From Vicinamibacterales bacterium (GTDB lineage Bacteria; Acidobacteriota; Vicinamibacteria; Vicinamibacterales; SCN-69-37), in contig DATKDT010000152.1 in NCBI GenBank assembly GCA_035512575.1, positions 965 through 64,964 of the forward strand: 64,000 nucleotides of DNA, in the 5' to 3' direction. Positions 16,803-25,536 of this stretch are shown here, in pieces (positions within the stretch are counted from its first letter, which is position 1; each line of letters starts with the position of its first letter). The notes under the pieces are model-generated. The model worked only from the letters and a program-made list of their open reading frames with translations, ran no database searches and was not told the origin of the DNA. The translations under genes were made by a program, and so were the position numbers.

Positions 16803-17519
16803 GTGCCGGACGTTTCCCTCGTCGCGGCGTTCGGGGCGGGTTTCCTGTCGTTCATCTCGCCCTGCGTCCTGCCGCTCATCCCCGGCTACATCTCGTACGT
16901 GTCGGGCATGTCGCTCGAAGACATGCGCACGGCCGACACGGGGGCGCGCCGCCGGCTGATGATCGCGACGCTGCTGTTCATTCTCGGCTTCTCGATCGTC
17001 TTCATGGCGATGGGCGCGTCGGCGAGCGCCATCGGCGCGCTGCTGCAGCAGCACATGCGCATCGTCCAGAAGATCGCCGGGGTGATCATCATCGTCCTCG
17101 GGCTGCACCTGACCGGCCTGTTCCGGATCCGCTTCCTCGATCGCGACACGCGCGTGCAGACGTCGCGCAAGCCGGCGACGCCGATAGGCGCGATCGTGGT
17201 CGGCATGGCGTTCGGGTTCGGGTGGACGCCCTGCATCGGCCCGATTCTGAGCGGCATCCTCACCATCGCCGGCTCGAAAAGCACCGTCGGCGAGGGCGTG
17301 CTCCTGCTGGCCGTGTACTCGGCCGGCCTGGGCGTTCCGTTCTTCCTGACCTCGCTTGCCATCGACAGGTTCTTCGCGGCCTCGGCGAAAGTGCGCCGCT
17401 ACTACCGCGCCATCGAGCTCGTCTCGGGCTCGCTGCTCATCCTGCTGGGCGTGCTGATGGTGACGGGCCGGTTCACGCTCATCATCCGCTGGCTGACGCC
17501 CTACCTTCCGACTTACTGA
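16803..17519 (+). CDS. ccdA: Cytochrome c biogenesis / thiol-disulfide transporter CcdA (DsbD family)
   Basis: GTG immediately after the upstream TAA. Motifs FISPCVLPLIPGY and GWTPCIGPIL carry the two conserved Cys residues. Confidence 0.85.
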   Translation: MPDVSLVAAFGAGFLSFISPCVLPLIPGYISYVSGMSLEDMRTADTGARRRLMIATLLFILGFSIVFMAMGASASAIGALLQQHMRIVQKIAGVIIIVLGLHLTGLFRIRFLDRDTRVQTSRKPATPIGAIVVGMAFGFGWTPCIGPILSGILTIAGSKSTVGEGVLLLAVYSAGLGVPFFLTSLAIDRFFAASAKVRRYYRAIELVSGSLLILLGVLMVTGRFTLIIRWLTPYLPTY

Positions 17520-17535
17520 GCTGCCGGCGACCCTC

Positions 17536-18264
17536 ATGAAGCTCTCGGTCATCATGCCCGCGTACAACGAGCACGGCACCATCCGTGAAATCGTCGCCCG
17601 CGTGCTCGCGGTCGACCTCTCGCCGCACACGCTCGAGCTCGTCATCGTCGACGATGGGTCGAGGGACGGCACGCGCGACGTGCTGCGCGAGTACGAGCAG
17701 CAGGACGGGGTCCGCGTGATCTACCAGCCGCAGAACGCGGGCAAGGGCGCCGCGGTCGCCCGCGGCATCCGCGAGGCGTCGGGCGATGCGCTGGTCATCC
17801 AGGACGCCGATCTCGAGTACGACCCGAACGACTTCCGGCGGCTGCTGGCGCCCATTGCCTCGGGCGAGGCGGACGTGGTGTACGGCTCGCGCTTCATGCA
17901 GCGGGAAGGCGGGCGCGGCTACCTCCGCCGCTGGCACTGGCTGGGCAACGCCGCCCTCACGATGGTGTCGAACCGCTTCACCGGGCTCGGCCTCACCGAC
18001 ATGGAGACCTGCTACAAGATGTTCCGCCGCGACGTCGCGCGGCGGCTCGATCTGCAGTCGCGCGACTTCGCCATGGAGCCCGAGATTACGTGCAAGGTCG
18101 CCCGGATGGGCGTGCGGCTGCGCGAACTTCCCATTGCCTATCAGGGCCGCACGTACGACGAAGGCAAGAAGATCGGCATCAAGGACGCGGTGAAGGCCGT
18201 CTTGACCACCGTGAAATACAGCCGGTGGAAACCTCAAGACGCAAGACTGAAGACTGAAGACTAA
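17536..18264 (+). CDS. Family 2 glycosyltransferase (polyprenol-phosphate sugar transferase-like)
   Basis: SVIMPAYNE, VDDGSRDGT and QDADLEY (DxD) motifs. The C-terminal residues are encoded by a GAAGACT heptamer repeat. Confidence 0.85.
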   Translation: MKLSVIMPAYNEHGTIREIVARVLAVDLSPHTLELVIVDDGSRDGTRDVLREYEQQDGVRVIYQPQNAGKGAAVARGIREASGDALVIQDADLEYDPNDFRRLLAPIASGEADVVYGSRFMQREGGRGYLRRWHWLGNAALTMVSNRFTGLGLTDMETCYKMFRRDVARRLDLQSRDFAMEPEITCKVARMGVRLRELPIAYQGRTYDEGKKIGIKDAVKAVLTTVKYSRWKPQDARLKTED

Positions 18265-18266
18265 AG
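18232..18266. repeat. AAGACTG-type heptamer tandem repeat at the overlap of two convergent stop codons
   Basis: CCTCAAGACGCAAGACTGAAGACTGAAGACTAAAGG. It contains the GT2 stop (18262-18264) and the lipid-kinase stop (18261-18263). Confidence 0.75.
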
Positions 18267-19136
18267 GCGGAGCCGCAGCGCGCCGGGCCTGACTCCCACC
18301 TCGATCCGGTTCCCGATCTCCATGCACTCGCCGTCGAGATGGATCTCGATGGGGCCGTCCGCTTCCACCACCGCGCGGCGGACCGGCCGGCGGACGATGC
18401 CGTCGATGGCCTTCTCCCTTCCCATGAACAGACGCCGCGCGCGCCAGAGCTGCGGGAAGAACGGGCGCGCGTCGACGATCAAGGCATCGAGCAACCCATC
18501 GTCGAACCGCGCGCCCGGAGCGATCACGGCGTTGTTGCCGTACTGCTGCCCGTTGGCGAAGACGATGAGGAAGGCGCGGAGGTCGAACGGCTGATCGTCG
18601 AGATGTACGCGGTACTCGCGGCCGCCGTAGGTCAGGCCTTCGTGAAGGCCGATCAGCAGGTACGGCAGGCCGCCGCGCTTCGTGAGCCGGTTGAAGCGGC
18701 GGGCGACGCGCGCGTCGAAGCCGATGCCGGCGAGATTGAGGAACGGCCGGCCGTTCACCTCTCCGACGTCGAGCGGCCTGACGCGCCCGGTCAGCGCCGC
18801 GCGAAGCGCCTGGCGCGGATCGCGCGCGATGCCGAGCGTCGTGGCGAAGCCGTCGCCGGAGCCGGCCGGCACGATGCCGAACGCGGCGCCGCCGCCGGCG
18901 ATGGCGCCGGCGACCTCGTTGACGGTGCCGTCGCCGCCCCACGCCACGACCGTGCCGGCGCCGGCCGCGGCAAACGCGCGCGCGAGATCGCGGCCGTGGC
19001 CCGCGCGCTCGGTCACGGCGACGTCGACCTCGACGCCGCAGGCGGCGGCAACCGCGACGGCCATCTCCACTTTTCCGGCCGGCGTGATCCCCGGGGCGCG
19101 GCCCGATTTCGGGTTGATGATGACTGCGGCGCGCAT
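18261..19136 (-). CDS. Diacylglycerol/lipid kinase family protein (YegS/BmrU-like)
   Basis: In-frame ATG at 19136 gives MRAAVIINPKSGR...; catalytic-domain motif AWGGDGTVNEV. The upstream 54 codons of ORF 18261..19298 are Pro/Arg-rich and overlap the divergent gene. Confidence 0.8.
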   Translation of the reverse strand: MRAAVIINPKSGRAPGITPAGKVEMAVAVAAACGVEVDVAVTERAGHGRDLARAFAAAGAGTVVAWGGDGTVNEVAGAIAGGGAAFGIVPAGSGDGFATTLGIARDPRQALRAALTGRVRPLDVGEVNGRPFLNLAGIGFDARVARRFNRLTKRGGLPYLLIGLHEGLTYGGREYRVHLDDQPFDLRAFLIVFANGQQYGNNAVIAPGARFDDGLLDALIVDARPFFPQLWRARRLFMGREKAIDGIVRRPVRRAVVEADGPIEIHLDGECMEIGNRIEVGVRPGALRLRL

Positions 19137-19143
19137 GTCGCGC

Positions 19144-19151
19144 AGTATAGT
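19144..19151. promoter_or_regulatory. Shared AT-rich -10-like island (AGTATAGT) between divergent start codons 23 bp apart
   Basis: TATAGT lies 8 nt upstream of ATG 19160. On the other strand TATACT lies 7 nt upstream of ATG 19136. Confidence 0.35.
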
Positions 19152-19159
19152 AGGCGGGA

Positions 19160-20344
19160 ATGAGACGGCGGGCCGCGCGCGTGATGATCGTGCTGTTGCT
19201 GGTGGCCGGTGCGGCGGCGGCAGCGTATCAGGCCGTGTCGCGCTCACGCGCGCTTGAGACGGCGGCCGCGACGCAGGCGGCGCTGACCGCGGCGGCATCG
19301 CGGGCCGAGGTCGCGCTCGCGGAAGTCGCGGCGTCGCAGCGGGCGTACGTCGCGCCCGGGCAGGGACTCGACTTCTGGGCCGGCAAGGTCGACGAGGCCC
19401 TGGCCTCGGCCGGGGCGGCGCTGGCCGCCCTGCAGACGGCGGCGAGCGTCGAGGGCGCGGCGGCCGTCGAGTCGGCGGTCTCCCGCCTCCATGACTTCGC
19501 GGTGATGGACCGCAGCGTGCGCGACTACGTGCGCGAGAGCCGCAACGCCATGGGCGCGGACCTGATTTTCGCGGACGGCTACGAGATCATGGCGGCCGCC
19601 AGCGCCGATGTCGCGTCCGCGGTTGCGATCGAGCAGGCCGGCATCACGACCGCGGCGGCGCGCGACCGTCAGCTGCACCTGGCCTCGGTCGCTGCGCTCG
19701 GCGCGTGCGTGCTGATTGCCGCGCTCCTGGCGCTCGCCGGGCCGAAGCCGGCCGAGCCGATCGTGGCCACGATTGCGCCTCAGCCGTTCGACGCGGCGCC
19801 GGCCTCACATGCCGCGGCCGCGCCGGACGACGCCATCGGCGCCGCCCTCGACGCAAGCCTGGAGGGACTGGACGCCCCCACGTTTCCCACCACGGTGGAC
19901 CTGCCTTCCGCTGCCGATGTCTGCGTGGATCTCGCGCGCCTGCTCGACGCGCGCGATTTGCAGCCGGTGATGGCGCGCGTCGCGTCGGTGCTGGGCGCCG
20001 ACGGGGTGATTGTGTGGATGGCCGACGCGGAAGGGCGGTCGCTCGCGCCCGCGCTCACGCACGGCTACGCCCCGTCGCTGGTGGCCCGGCTGGGCGCCCT
20101 GTCCATCGACGCCGACAACGCCACGGCCGCCGCGTGCCGCAGCAAGGCCACCCAGGTCGTCGAGGGCGCGCTCGCGGTGCCCCTGCTCACGAGCGGCGGC
20201 TGCACGGGCGTCCTCGCCGTCGAACTGAAGGATGGAAGGGAACGTGCGGGCGACGTCCAGTCGCTGGCGCGCATCGTGGCCGCGCAGCTGGCCGCGACGG
20301 TCTCGGGCCCCGAGGCCGAGGCCCGGAAAGCCGCCGAGGCCTGA
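19160..20344 (+). CDS. Membrane sensor protein: periplasmic helical (CHASE3-like) region, second TM, C-terminal GAF-like domain, no output domain
   Basis: TM1 VMIVLLLVAGAAAAAY and TM2 VAALGACVLIAALLALAG. C-terminal region ..VIVWMADAEGRSLAPALTHGY...GVLAVEL resembles GAF. Confidence 0.6.
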   Translation: MRRRAARVMIVLLLVAGAAAAAYQAVSRSRALETAAATQAALTAAASRAEVALAEVAASQRAYVAPGQGLDFWAGKVDEALASAGAALAALQTAASVEGAAAVESAVSRLHDFAVMDRSVRDYVRESRNAMGADLIFADGYEIMAAASADVASAVAIEQAGITTAAARDRQLHLASVAALGACVLIAALLALAGPKPAEPIVATIAPQPFDAAPASHAAAAPDDAIGAALDASLEGLDAPTFPTTVDLPSAADVCVDLARLLDARDLQPVMARVASVLGADGVIVWMADAEGRSLAPALTHGYAPSLVARLGALSIDADNATAAACRSKATQVVEGALAVPLLTSGGCTGVLAVELKDGRERAGDVQSLARIVAAQLAATVSGPEAEARKAAEA

Positions 20345-20348
20345 TCGC

Positions 20349-21818
20349 TCACGAGGCCTGTTCGTCGTCGGGTGCGAGGGGCAGGGTCAGCCGGAACGTG
20401 GCGCCGAGGCCGGGGCCGTCGCTGTGCGCCGAGACCTGGCCCCCGTGAAGCTCGACGAAGTACCGGACCAGCGACAGGCCGAGACCGAGGCCGCCGTACT
20501 CGCGGCGCGCCCCGCCCTCGAACTGCCGGAAGCGCTCGAACATCTGCGGCAGGAATTCCGCCGGGATGCCGATGCCGGTGTCGCTGACGGTAATCTCGGC
20601 GCCCCCGGGCGTGCGCGCCACGTCCATGCTGATGCTGCCGCCCTCCGGCGTGAACTTGACGGCGTTGCTGAGCAGATTCCAGAGCGCCTGCTGCAGGCGG
20701 TCCGCGTCGGCGATCGCAATCATCGGGCGCTCGTCGTGCGTCAGCGTGAACTGCAGATTCCTGGCATCCATCGATGGGCGCACCACATCGACGGCGGCAC
20801 GCGCGACGTGCAGCAGATCGGTGGGCGCGGGATTGATCCGGATCTTTCCGGTGACGATGCTCGAGACGTCGAGCACGTCGGAGACCAGCTGCGACAGCAG
20901 GTGCGCGTTGCGCTCGACGATTTCGATCACCTGCTGCCGCCGCGCGTCGGCAATGCGGCCGGTGCGCAGCATCTGCGTGTAGCCCAGCACCGCATTCAGC
21001 GGCGTGCGCAGCTCGTGCGAGAGCGTCGCCAGAAACTCATCCTTGATCCGGTTGGCTTCGGCGAGCCTCCGCAGCAGCTCCTTGTGCGCCGAGATGTCGC
21101 GGGCGATCTTGGACGCGCCGATCACGCGCCCCTCGGCATTCCTGATCGGCGACACCGTAAGGGAAATGTCGATGTGACTGCCGTCCTTCCGGACGCGCAC
21201 GGTCTCGAAGTGCGACACGGGCACGCCGCGCCGCACATGGTCGAGGACGTGATCCTCCTCGGACTGACGCTCGGGCGGAATGATGATCCGGATCGATCGG
21301 CCGACGGCCTCGTCGGCGGTGAATCCGAACATCCGCTCCGCCGCGGCGTTCCACGTCTGCACGATGCTGTTCAGGTCCTTGCTGACGATGGCGTCCCCGG
21401 ACGAATCCACGATGGCCGCCAGGCGCATGGCCTCGCGCTCGGCGACGAGCTGCGCGGTGATGTCGCGGGCGATGGCGGACACGCCGGCGATCCGGCCGTC
21501 TGACGATCGAATCGGCGACAGCGCCATCGACACCGGCAGCAGCTGCCCGTTGCGCCGCTTGCGATACGTGTGAAAGTGCCCGACCGGCTCTCCCGCTTTC
21601 ACGCGGGCGGTGAGCCGCGCCGCGGCCTGCCGCTCGCTGTCGGGAATGATGATGTCGATTGGCTGGCCGATCGCCTCGTCGGCGGAGTACCCGAACATCT
21701 CCGTCGCCGCCCGGTTCCAGCTGTCGATGACGCCGTCCGCATCCTCGCTCAGAATCGCGTCGTCGGACGATTCGATGACCGCGGCGAGTCTGAGCGCGGC
21801 GGCGTCCGGCTGGTTCAT
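20349..21818 (-). CDS. Multi-PAS sensor histidine kinase
   Basis: Three repeated PAS segments (..DAI.S.D..G.I..WN.AAE.MFG....EA.G), H-box SHELRTPLNAVLGY, and G-boxes DTGIGIP and GGLGLGL. Confidence 0.85.
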   Translation of the reverse strand: MNQPDAAALRLAAVIESSDDAILSEDADGVIDSWNRAATEMFGYSADEAIGQPIDIIIPDSERQAAARLTARVKAGEPVGHFHTYRKRRNGQLLPVSMALSPIRSSDGRIAGVSAIARDITAQLVAEREAMRLAAIVDSSGDAIVSKDLNSIVQTWNAAAERMFGFTADEAVGRSIRIIIPPERQSEEDHVLDHVRRGVPVSHFETVRVRKDGSHIDISLTVSPIRNAEGRVIGASKIARDISAHKELLRRLAEANRIKDEFLATLSHELRTPLNAVLGYTQMLRTGRIADARRQQVIEIVERNAHLLSQLVSDVLDVSSIVTGKIRINPAPTDLLHVARAAVDVVRPSMDARNLQFTLTHDERPMIAIADADRLQQALWNLLSNAVKFTPEGGSISMDVARTPGGAEITVSDTGIGIPAEFLPQMFERFRQFEGGARREYGGLGLGLSLVRYFVELHGGQVSAHSDGPGLGATFRLTLPLAPDDEQAS

Positions 21819-21911
21819 GCGTGGACTCTATGATTTCCCAGCATGCGCCTCTGCGCCAACCCCGTAGTCGAAGCCCATCCGTCGGCCCGGGCGACGAGGC
21901 GCCGGGCGGGC

Positions 21912-21950
21912 GTCACTGGGTGAGGTCACACGCCGTCCGTGACCGGTGAC
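21912..21950. promoter_or_regulatory. Cluster of GTCAC/GTGAC half-sites including the palindrome GGTCAC-N9-GTGACC
   Basis: GTCACTGGGTGAGGTCACACGCCGTCCGTGACCGGTGAC lies inside a 390-bp intergenic region with no supported ORF. Confidence 0.25.
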
Positions 21951-22209
21951 AACGGCCGTGTCCCCGAGCCGAAGATCGCCGGTTTTCCTCAGCAAACACA
22001 GTCATCGGTCGCGGCACACCGTTTGGAATGTCAGTGTGCGGGCCGCGAAGAATCACCGGGAGGCGTAACCTCAGGCAGGCGCTGGCATCGCCGCTTTCCG
22101 GGAAGTTTTACGATTCTCACCGCGGCCTTTTCTCGTTTCCGGGGTGGGTCGCCCGATCCCCAATCGGCGTTGGATCGCCAATTGCGAGGCGTCGAGGTGG
22201 AGGCAGGTT

Positions 22210-22581
22210 ATGCGCAGTGCACGATTGAAGCTCGTCGCTCTGGTGTTGGCTTTCGGATTCGCGGCGTCGGGCTGTGCCGCGCGCTCGGCGAACATCGCCG
22301 AGGTGAAATTCAACCCAGGCCGGTACGTCGATCGCGACATCGTCATCGAAGGGGTCGTGACCGAGTCGTGGGGCATCCCGCTGGTGCCGTACAAGCTCTA
22401 CAAGGTCGACGACGGCACGGGCGAGATCACGGTGGTGTCCAACGACGACCGCGTGCCGAGCAAGGGCGCGCGCGTGCGGGTGAGAGGCAAGCTGCAGGAC
22501 GTGGCCACGCTGGGCGGCCGGTCGCTGGGCCTGCATCTGCAGCAGAAGGATCTCGACTTCAGGAACGGTCGGGGATATTGA
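22210..22581 (+). CDS. Small lipoprotein with OB-fold-like domain (hypothetical)
   Basis: ATG 22210 preceded by GAGGTGGAGG. Lipobox LAFGFAASGC. Confidence 0.6.
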   Translation: MRSARLKLVALVLAFGFAASGCAARSANIAEVKFNPGRYVDRDIVIEGVVTESWGIPLVPYKLYKVDDGTGEITVVSNDDRVPSKGARVRVRGKLQDVATLGGRSLGLHLQQKDLDFRNGRGY

Positions 22582-24334
22582 ACTTCAGCGCGACGACCGT
22601 CATGTCGTCGTTGGGCGGCGCGCCGGCGCGCCACGCCTCGACCGCGCTCACGATCGCCTGCACGATGTCGCGGGCGTTCTGAGCGCGGCTCTCCTTAACC
22701 ACATCCATCAGCCGCGCCGACGTGAACTCCTCGCCGCGCGAGTTCATCGCCTCGGACACGCCGTCGCTGCAGAAGACGAACACGTCGTGCTGCGCAATCG
22801 GCACGGTGATCTCGTCATAGGTCGAGCCAAAAAACGACCCGAGCGGAACGCCGGGGAGCTCGATCAGCGAGCAGCGATCGCCGCTGCAATGCACCGGGTA
22901 CGGCACGCCTGAATTCGACAGCGTCAACGACCGCCGCTTCACGTCGAACACGGCGTACAGCAGCGTGCAGTAGTACTCCTCGAGCTGGCGCTGATGCAGG
23001 ATCGTGTTCATCGACGACAGCACGCCGGCCGGCGTCGAGCGCTCGGGCACGTAGCGGCGGCGGAACGTGCGGCCGCGCACGAGCTCTCCGGCAAACACGC
23101 TGTACAGGGCGGCGGGCACCCCCTTGCCGGAGACGTCGCCGAGCGCGACGACGAGCGTGTTCGACTCGGGGGACAGGAAGTCGTGAAAATCGCCGCCGAG
23201 CTCGTGCGCCGCGGCGAACGCCGCCGCCACGTCGACGCCCTTCAGCCGCTTGGGCAGCTCGGTCGGCAGCAGCGCGGCCTGCACACGCTGGGCGAACCGC
23301 AGCTCCTTTTCCAGCCGCGCCTCGGTGTCGGACACCTCCGCGTACAGCCGCGCGTTCTCGATGGCGACGGCCGCCTGGCTGGCCAGCAGCGTGAGAATCT
23401 CGACGTCGCGCTTCGAGAACGCGTCCAGCTCCGGACTTTCGAGGTCGAACACGCCGATGCAGCGGTCCTTGAGCAGCAGCGGCACCGCCAGCTCGGATCT
23501 GACGTCCTCGACCACCTTGATGTAGCGCGGATCCTTCGACACGTCGGGGACGACGACAGCCTCGCGGTGGAGCGCGGCGTAGCCGACGAGCCCCTCGCCC
23601 AGCTTTACGTGCGGCAGCGATACTTTCTCGCCGTACTGCACGGCGACACGCATCTCGAGCGACCGCGTGCCCTCGTTGAGCAGCAGGATGCCGAACGTGC
23701 GGTAGTCGACGACCCGCTTGACCAGCTGCGCGACGCGCGGCAGCAGCTCGTCGAGCTCGAGCAGCGCCGCCACTTCCCTGCCGATCTCGGCGAGCGTCTC
23801 GAACGCGTCGGCGTCGCGGCGCGCCTGCTCGAACAGGCGCGCATTCTCGAGCGCCACGGCCACGTGCGCGCCGAACTGCCGCAGGATCTGCACGTCGCGC
23901 TCCCCGTACTGCGCCGCGTTGTGACTGAGCACGTTGAGCGCGCCGACCGCGCGCGACTTGTAGGTCAGCGGCACGGCGAGATCCGACACCATGCCGGGGA
24001 CGACTTCGATGTAGCGCGGATCGTCGGCGGCATTGTCGACGACGACCGGTTGGCGCTCCTTGACGGCGCGGCCGACGATGCCGTCCCCGGCCTTGATCCG
24101 GAACCCGGCCTCCCGATCGGGATAGCCCTCGGCGTACTCGAGCCGCAGCTCGTCGCGGCGCTCGTCGTACAGATAGACGCCGAAGGCGTCGAAGGGAATG
24201 AGCCGGGCGATCAACTCAGGGATCTTGGGCAGCAGCTCCTCGAGCTCCAGCACCGATGTCACGCGGCGTCCCAGGTCGAACAGGGTCAGCAGGACTTCGT
24301 GCTCGGTGGCGGGGTGTGCGGACACGTGCTCCAT
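22559..24334 (-). CDS. Tandem-GAF SpoIIE/PP2C-family phosphatase
   Basis: Two GAF domains (..GIVGRAV..QPVVV.., ..GLVGYAALHREAVVVPDV..) followed by SpoIIE motifs GGDFHDF, GDVSGKGVPAAL and NDDMTVVAL. Confidence 0.85.
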   Translation of the reverse strand: MEHVSAHPATEHEVLLTLFDLGRRVTSVLELEELLPKIPELIARLIPFDAFGVYLYDERRDELRLEYAEGYPDREAGFRIKAGDGIVGRAVKERQPVVVDNAADDPRYIEVVPGMVSDLAVPLTYKSRAVGALNVLSHNAAQYGERDVQILRQFGAHVAVALENARLFEQARRDADAFETLAEIGREVAALLELDELLPRVAQLVKRVVDYRTFGILLLNEGTRSLEMRVAVQYGEKVSLPHVKLGEGLVGYAALHREAVVVPDVSKDPRYIKVVEDVRSELAVPLLLKDRCIGVFDLESPELDAFSKRDVEILTLLASQAAVAIENARLYAEVSDTEARLEKELRFAQRVQAALLPTELPKRLKGVDVAAAFAAAHELGGDFHDFLSPESNTLVVALGDVSGKGVPAALYSVFAGELVRGRTFRRRYVPERSTPAGVLSSMNTILHQRQLEEYYCTLLYAVFDVKRRSLTLSNSGVPYPVHCSGDRCSLIELPGVPLGSFFGSTYDEITVPIAQHDVFVFCSDGVSEAMNSRGEEFTSARLMDVVKESRAQNARDIVQAIVSAVEAWRAGAPPNDDMTVVALKFNIPDRS

Positions 24335-24350
24335 GGGGGCGGGTGCAGCA

Positions 24351-24358
24351 ATTATACT
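24351..24358. promoter_or_regulatory. Shared AT-rich -10-like island (ATTATACT) between divergent start codons 32 bp apart
   Basis: TATACT lies 8 nt upstream of the fabZ ATG at 24367. On the other strand a perfect TATAAT lies upstream of ATG 24334. Confidence 0.35.
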
Positions 24359-24366
24359 GGTTCGTC

Positions 24367-24849
24367 ATGGCATCGACGCGCGACGACCTTGTGCTGCCGC
24401 TCGACTATCAGGCGATCGAGCGCATCCTTCCCCACCGCTATCCGTTTCTGCTGGTCGATCGCATCATCGAATTCGAGCAGGACAAGCGCATCGTCGGCAT
24501 CAAGAACATCTCGCTCAACGAGCGGTACCTGTCGCACCGCGACGGCGAGACGCCGGTGATGCCGCCGACCATCCTCACGGAGGCCGTGGCGCAGGTCGGC
24601 GCGATTCTCATCCTGTCGAAGCCCGAGAACCGCGACAAGCTGATTTACTTCCGCGCGATCGAGCGGGTGCGCTACCGCAAGCCGGTACACCCCGGCGACG
24701 TCGTCGAAATCGAGGCGGTGGTCAGGCGGCTGCGCAACCGGATGGGCGTGCTCGAGGGCAAGGGCCGCGTCGACGGCAAGGTCGTCATCGAGGGCACGAT
24801 GACGTTCGCGCTCGGATCGGCCGACGCCGACTCACCTGAACGCGAGTAG
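24367..24849 (+). CDS. fabZ: 3-hydroxyacyl-ACP dehydratase FabZ
   Basis: ILPHRYPFLLVDRI motif and hot-dog fold. ATG 24367 lies within ORF 24256..24849. Confidence 0.9.
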   Translation: MASTRDDLVLPLDYQAIERILPHRYPFLLVDRIIEFEQDKRIVGIKNISLNERYLSHRDGETPVMPPTILTEAVAQVGAILILSKPENRDKLIYFRAIERVRYRKPVHPGDVVEIEAVVRRLRNRMGVLEGKGRVDGKVVIEGTMTFALGSADADSPERE

Positions 24850-25536
24850 CAGCATCGCGGCTTTCGCCGCGCGCGACGACCATCGCGCCCACGCCGGGTC
24901 GCCGGCGGCATAGCGGATCGTGTCGAGCGCCGCGGGCGTCACGATCAACACCCCAATCCACGGCTCGGGCACGCCGTCGTCACCGGCGCTGACGGCCATG
25001 CCGCGGGTGTCGCGCTCGGGCGGGCCGAACCGGCCGAACGCCGCGGCCGTGTAGACCGCCGACGTCGCCAGGTTGAACGTCAGCCATCCCTTCCTGAAGG
25101 AGGACGGAGACGGCCGCAGCGGCGGGCCGCCGAGCAGCCATTCGCTGGCGGCATGCTGCGCGAGAAAACCGGACGAGGCAATCACGTACTCCCGGCGCCG
25201 CGACACCGGATCGTGCGTAACCACGAAGAACGGGATACGGCCATAGTCGAGCCGCTTGAAGCCGGGGTTCGCGCCCAGCGCGACGCCCGACAGCACGTGC
25301 CCGGCCTCGTGCACGACCAGCCCCGCGGTCCCGCCCGCGAGAAACCGCAGCACTCGCGCCGCCCGGCCGTCGTCGGCCGGCTGCTGCGCGGGCGGAATTG
25401 TCGATCGACGATCCACTTGCCGGTGTGCGGGCGGCTGCCGATCCTGCGCGCGGGCCTGCAGCGGCGACGCGGCAAGCGCGAGACTAAGAAGCGCGGCGCA
25501 CCGGAACGGGATCGACAATGACGGCGTCCTTTCCAA
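24832..25536 (-). CDS. Hypothetical secreted/membrane protein with HExxH motif
   Basis: Signal-like N-terminus and a VVHEAGHVLSG motif. TTG starts at 25536 or 25521. It overlaps both neighbouring genes. Confidence 0.45.
   Translation of the reverse strand: MERTPSLSIPFRCAALLSLALAASPLQARAQDRQPPAHRQVDRRSTIPPAQQPADDGRAARVLRFLAGGTAGLVVHEAGHVLSGVALGANPGFKRLDYGRIPFFVVTHDPVSRRREYVIASSGFLAQHAASEWLLGGPPLRPSPSSFRKGWLTFNLATSAVYTAAAFGRFGPPERDTRGMAVSAGDDGVPEPWIGVLIVTPAALDTIRYAAGDPAWARWSSRAAKAAMLLLAFR

Noticed and set aside
22144-22209. Longer form of the lipoprotein gene starting at 22144.
   Set aside because: The internal ATG at 22210 is preceded by GAGGTGGAGG and yields a canonical lipobox signal peptide. 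The extension adds a charged, non-signal N-terminus.
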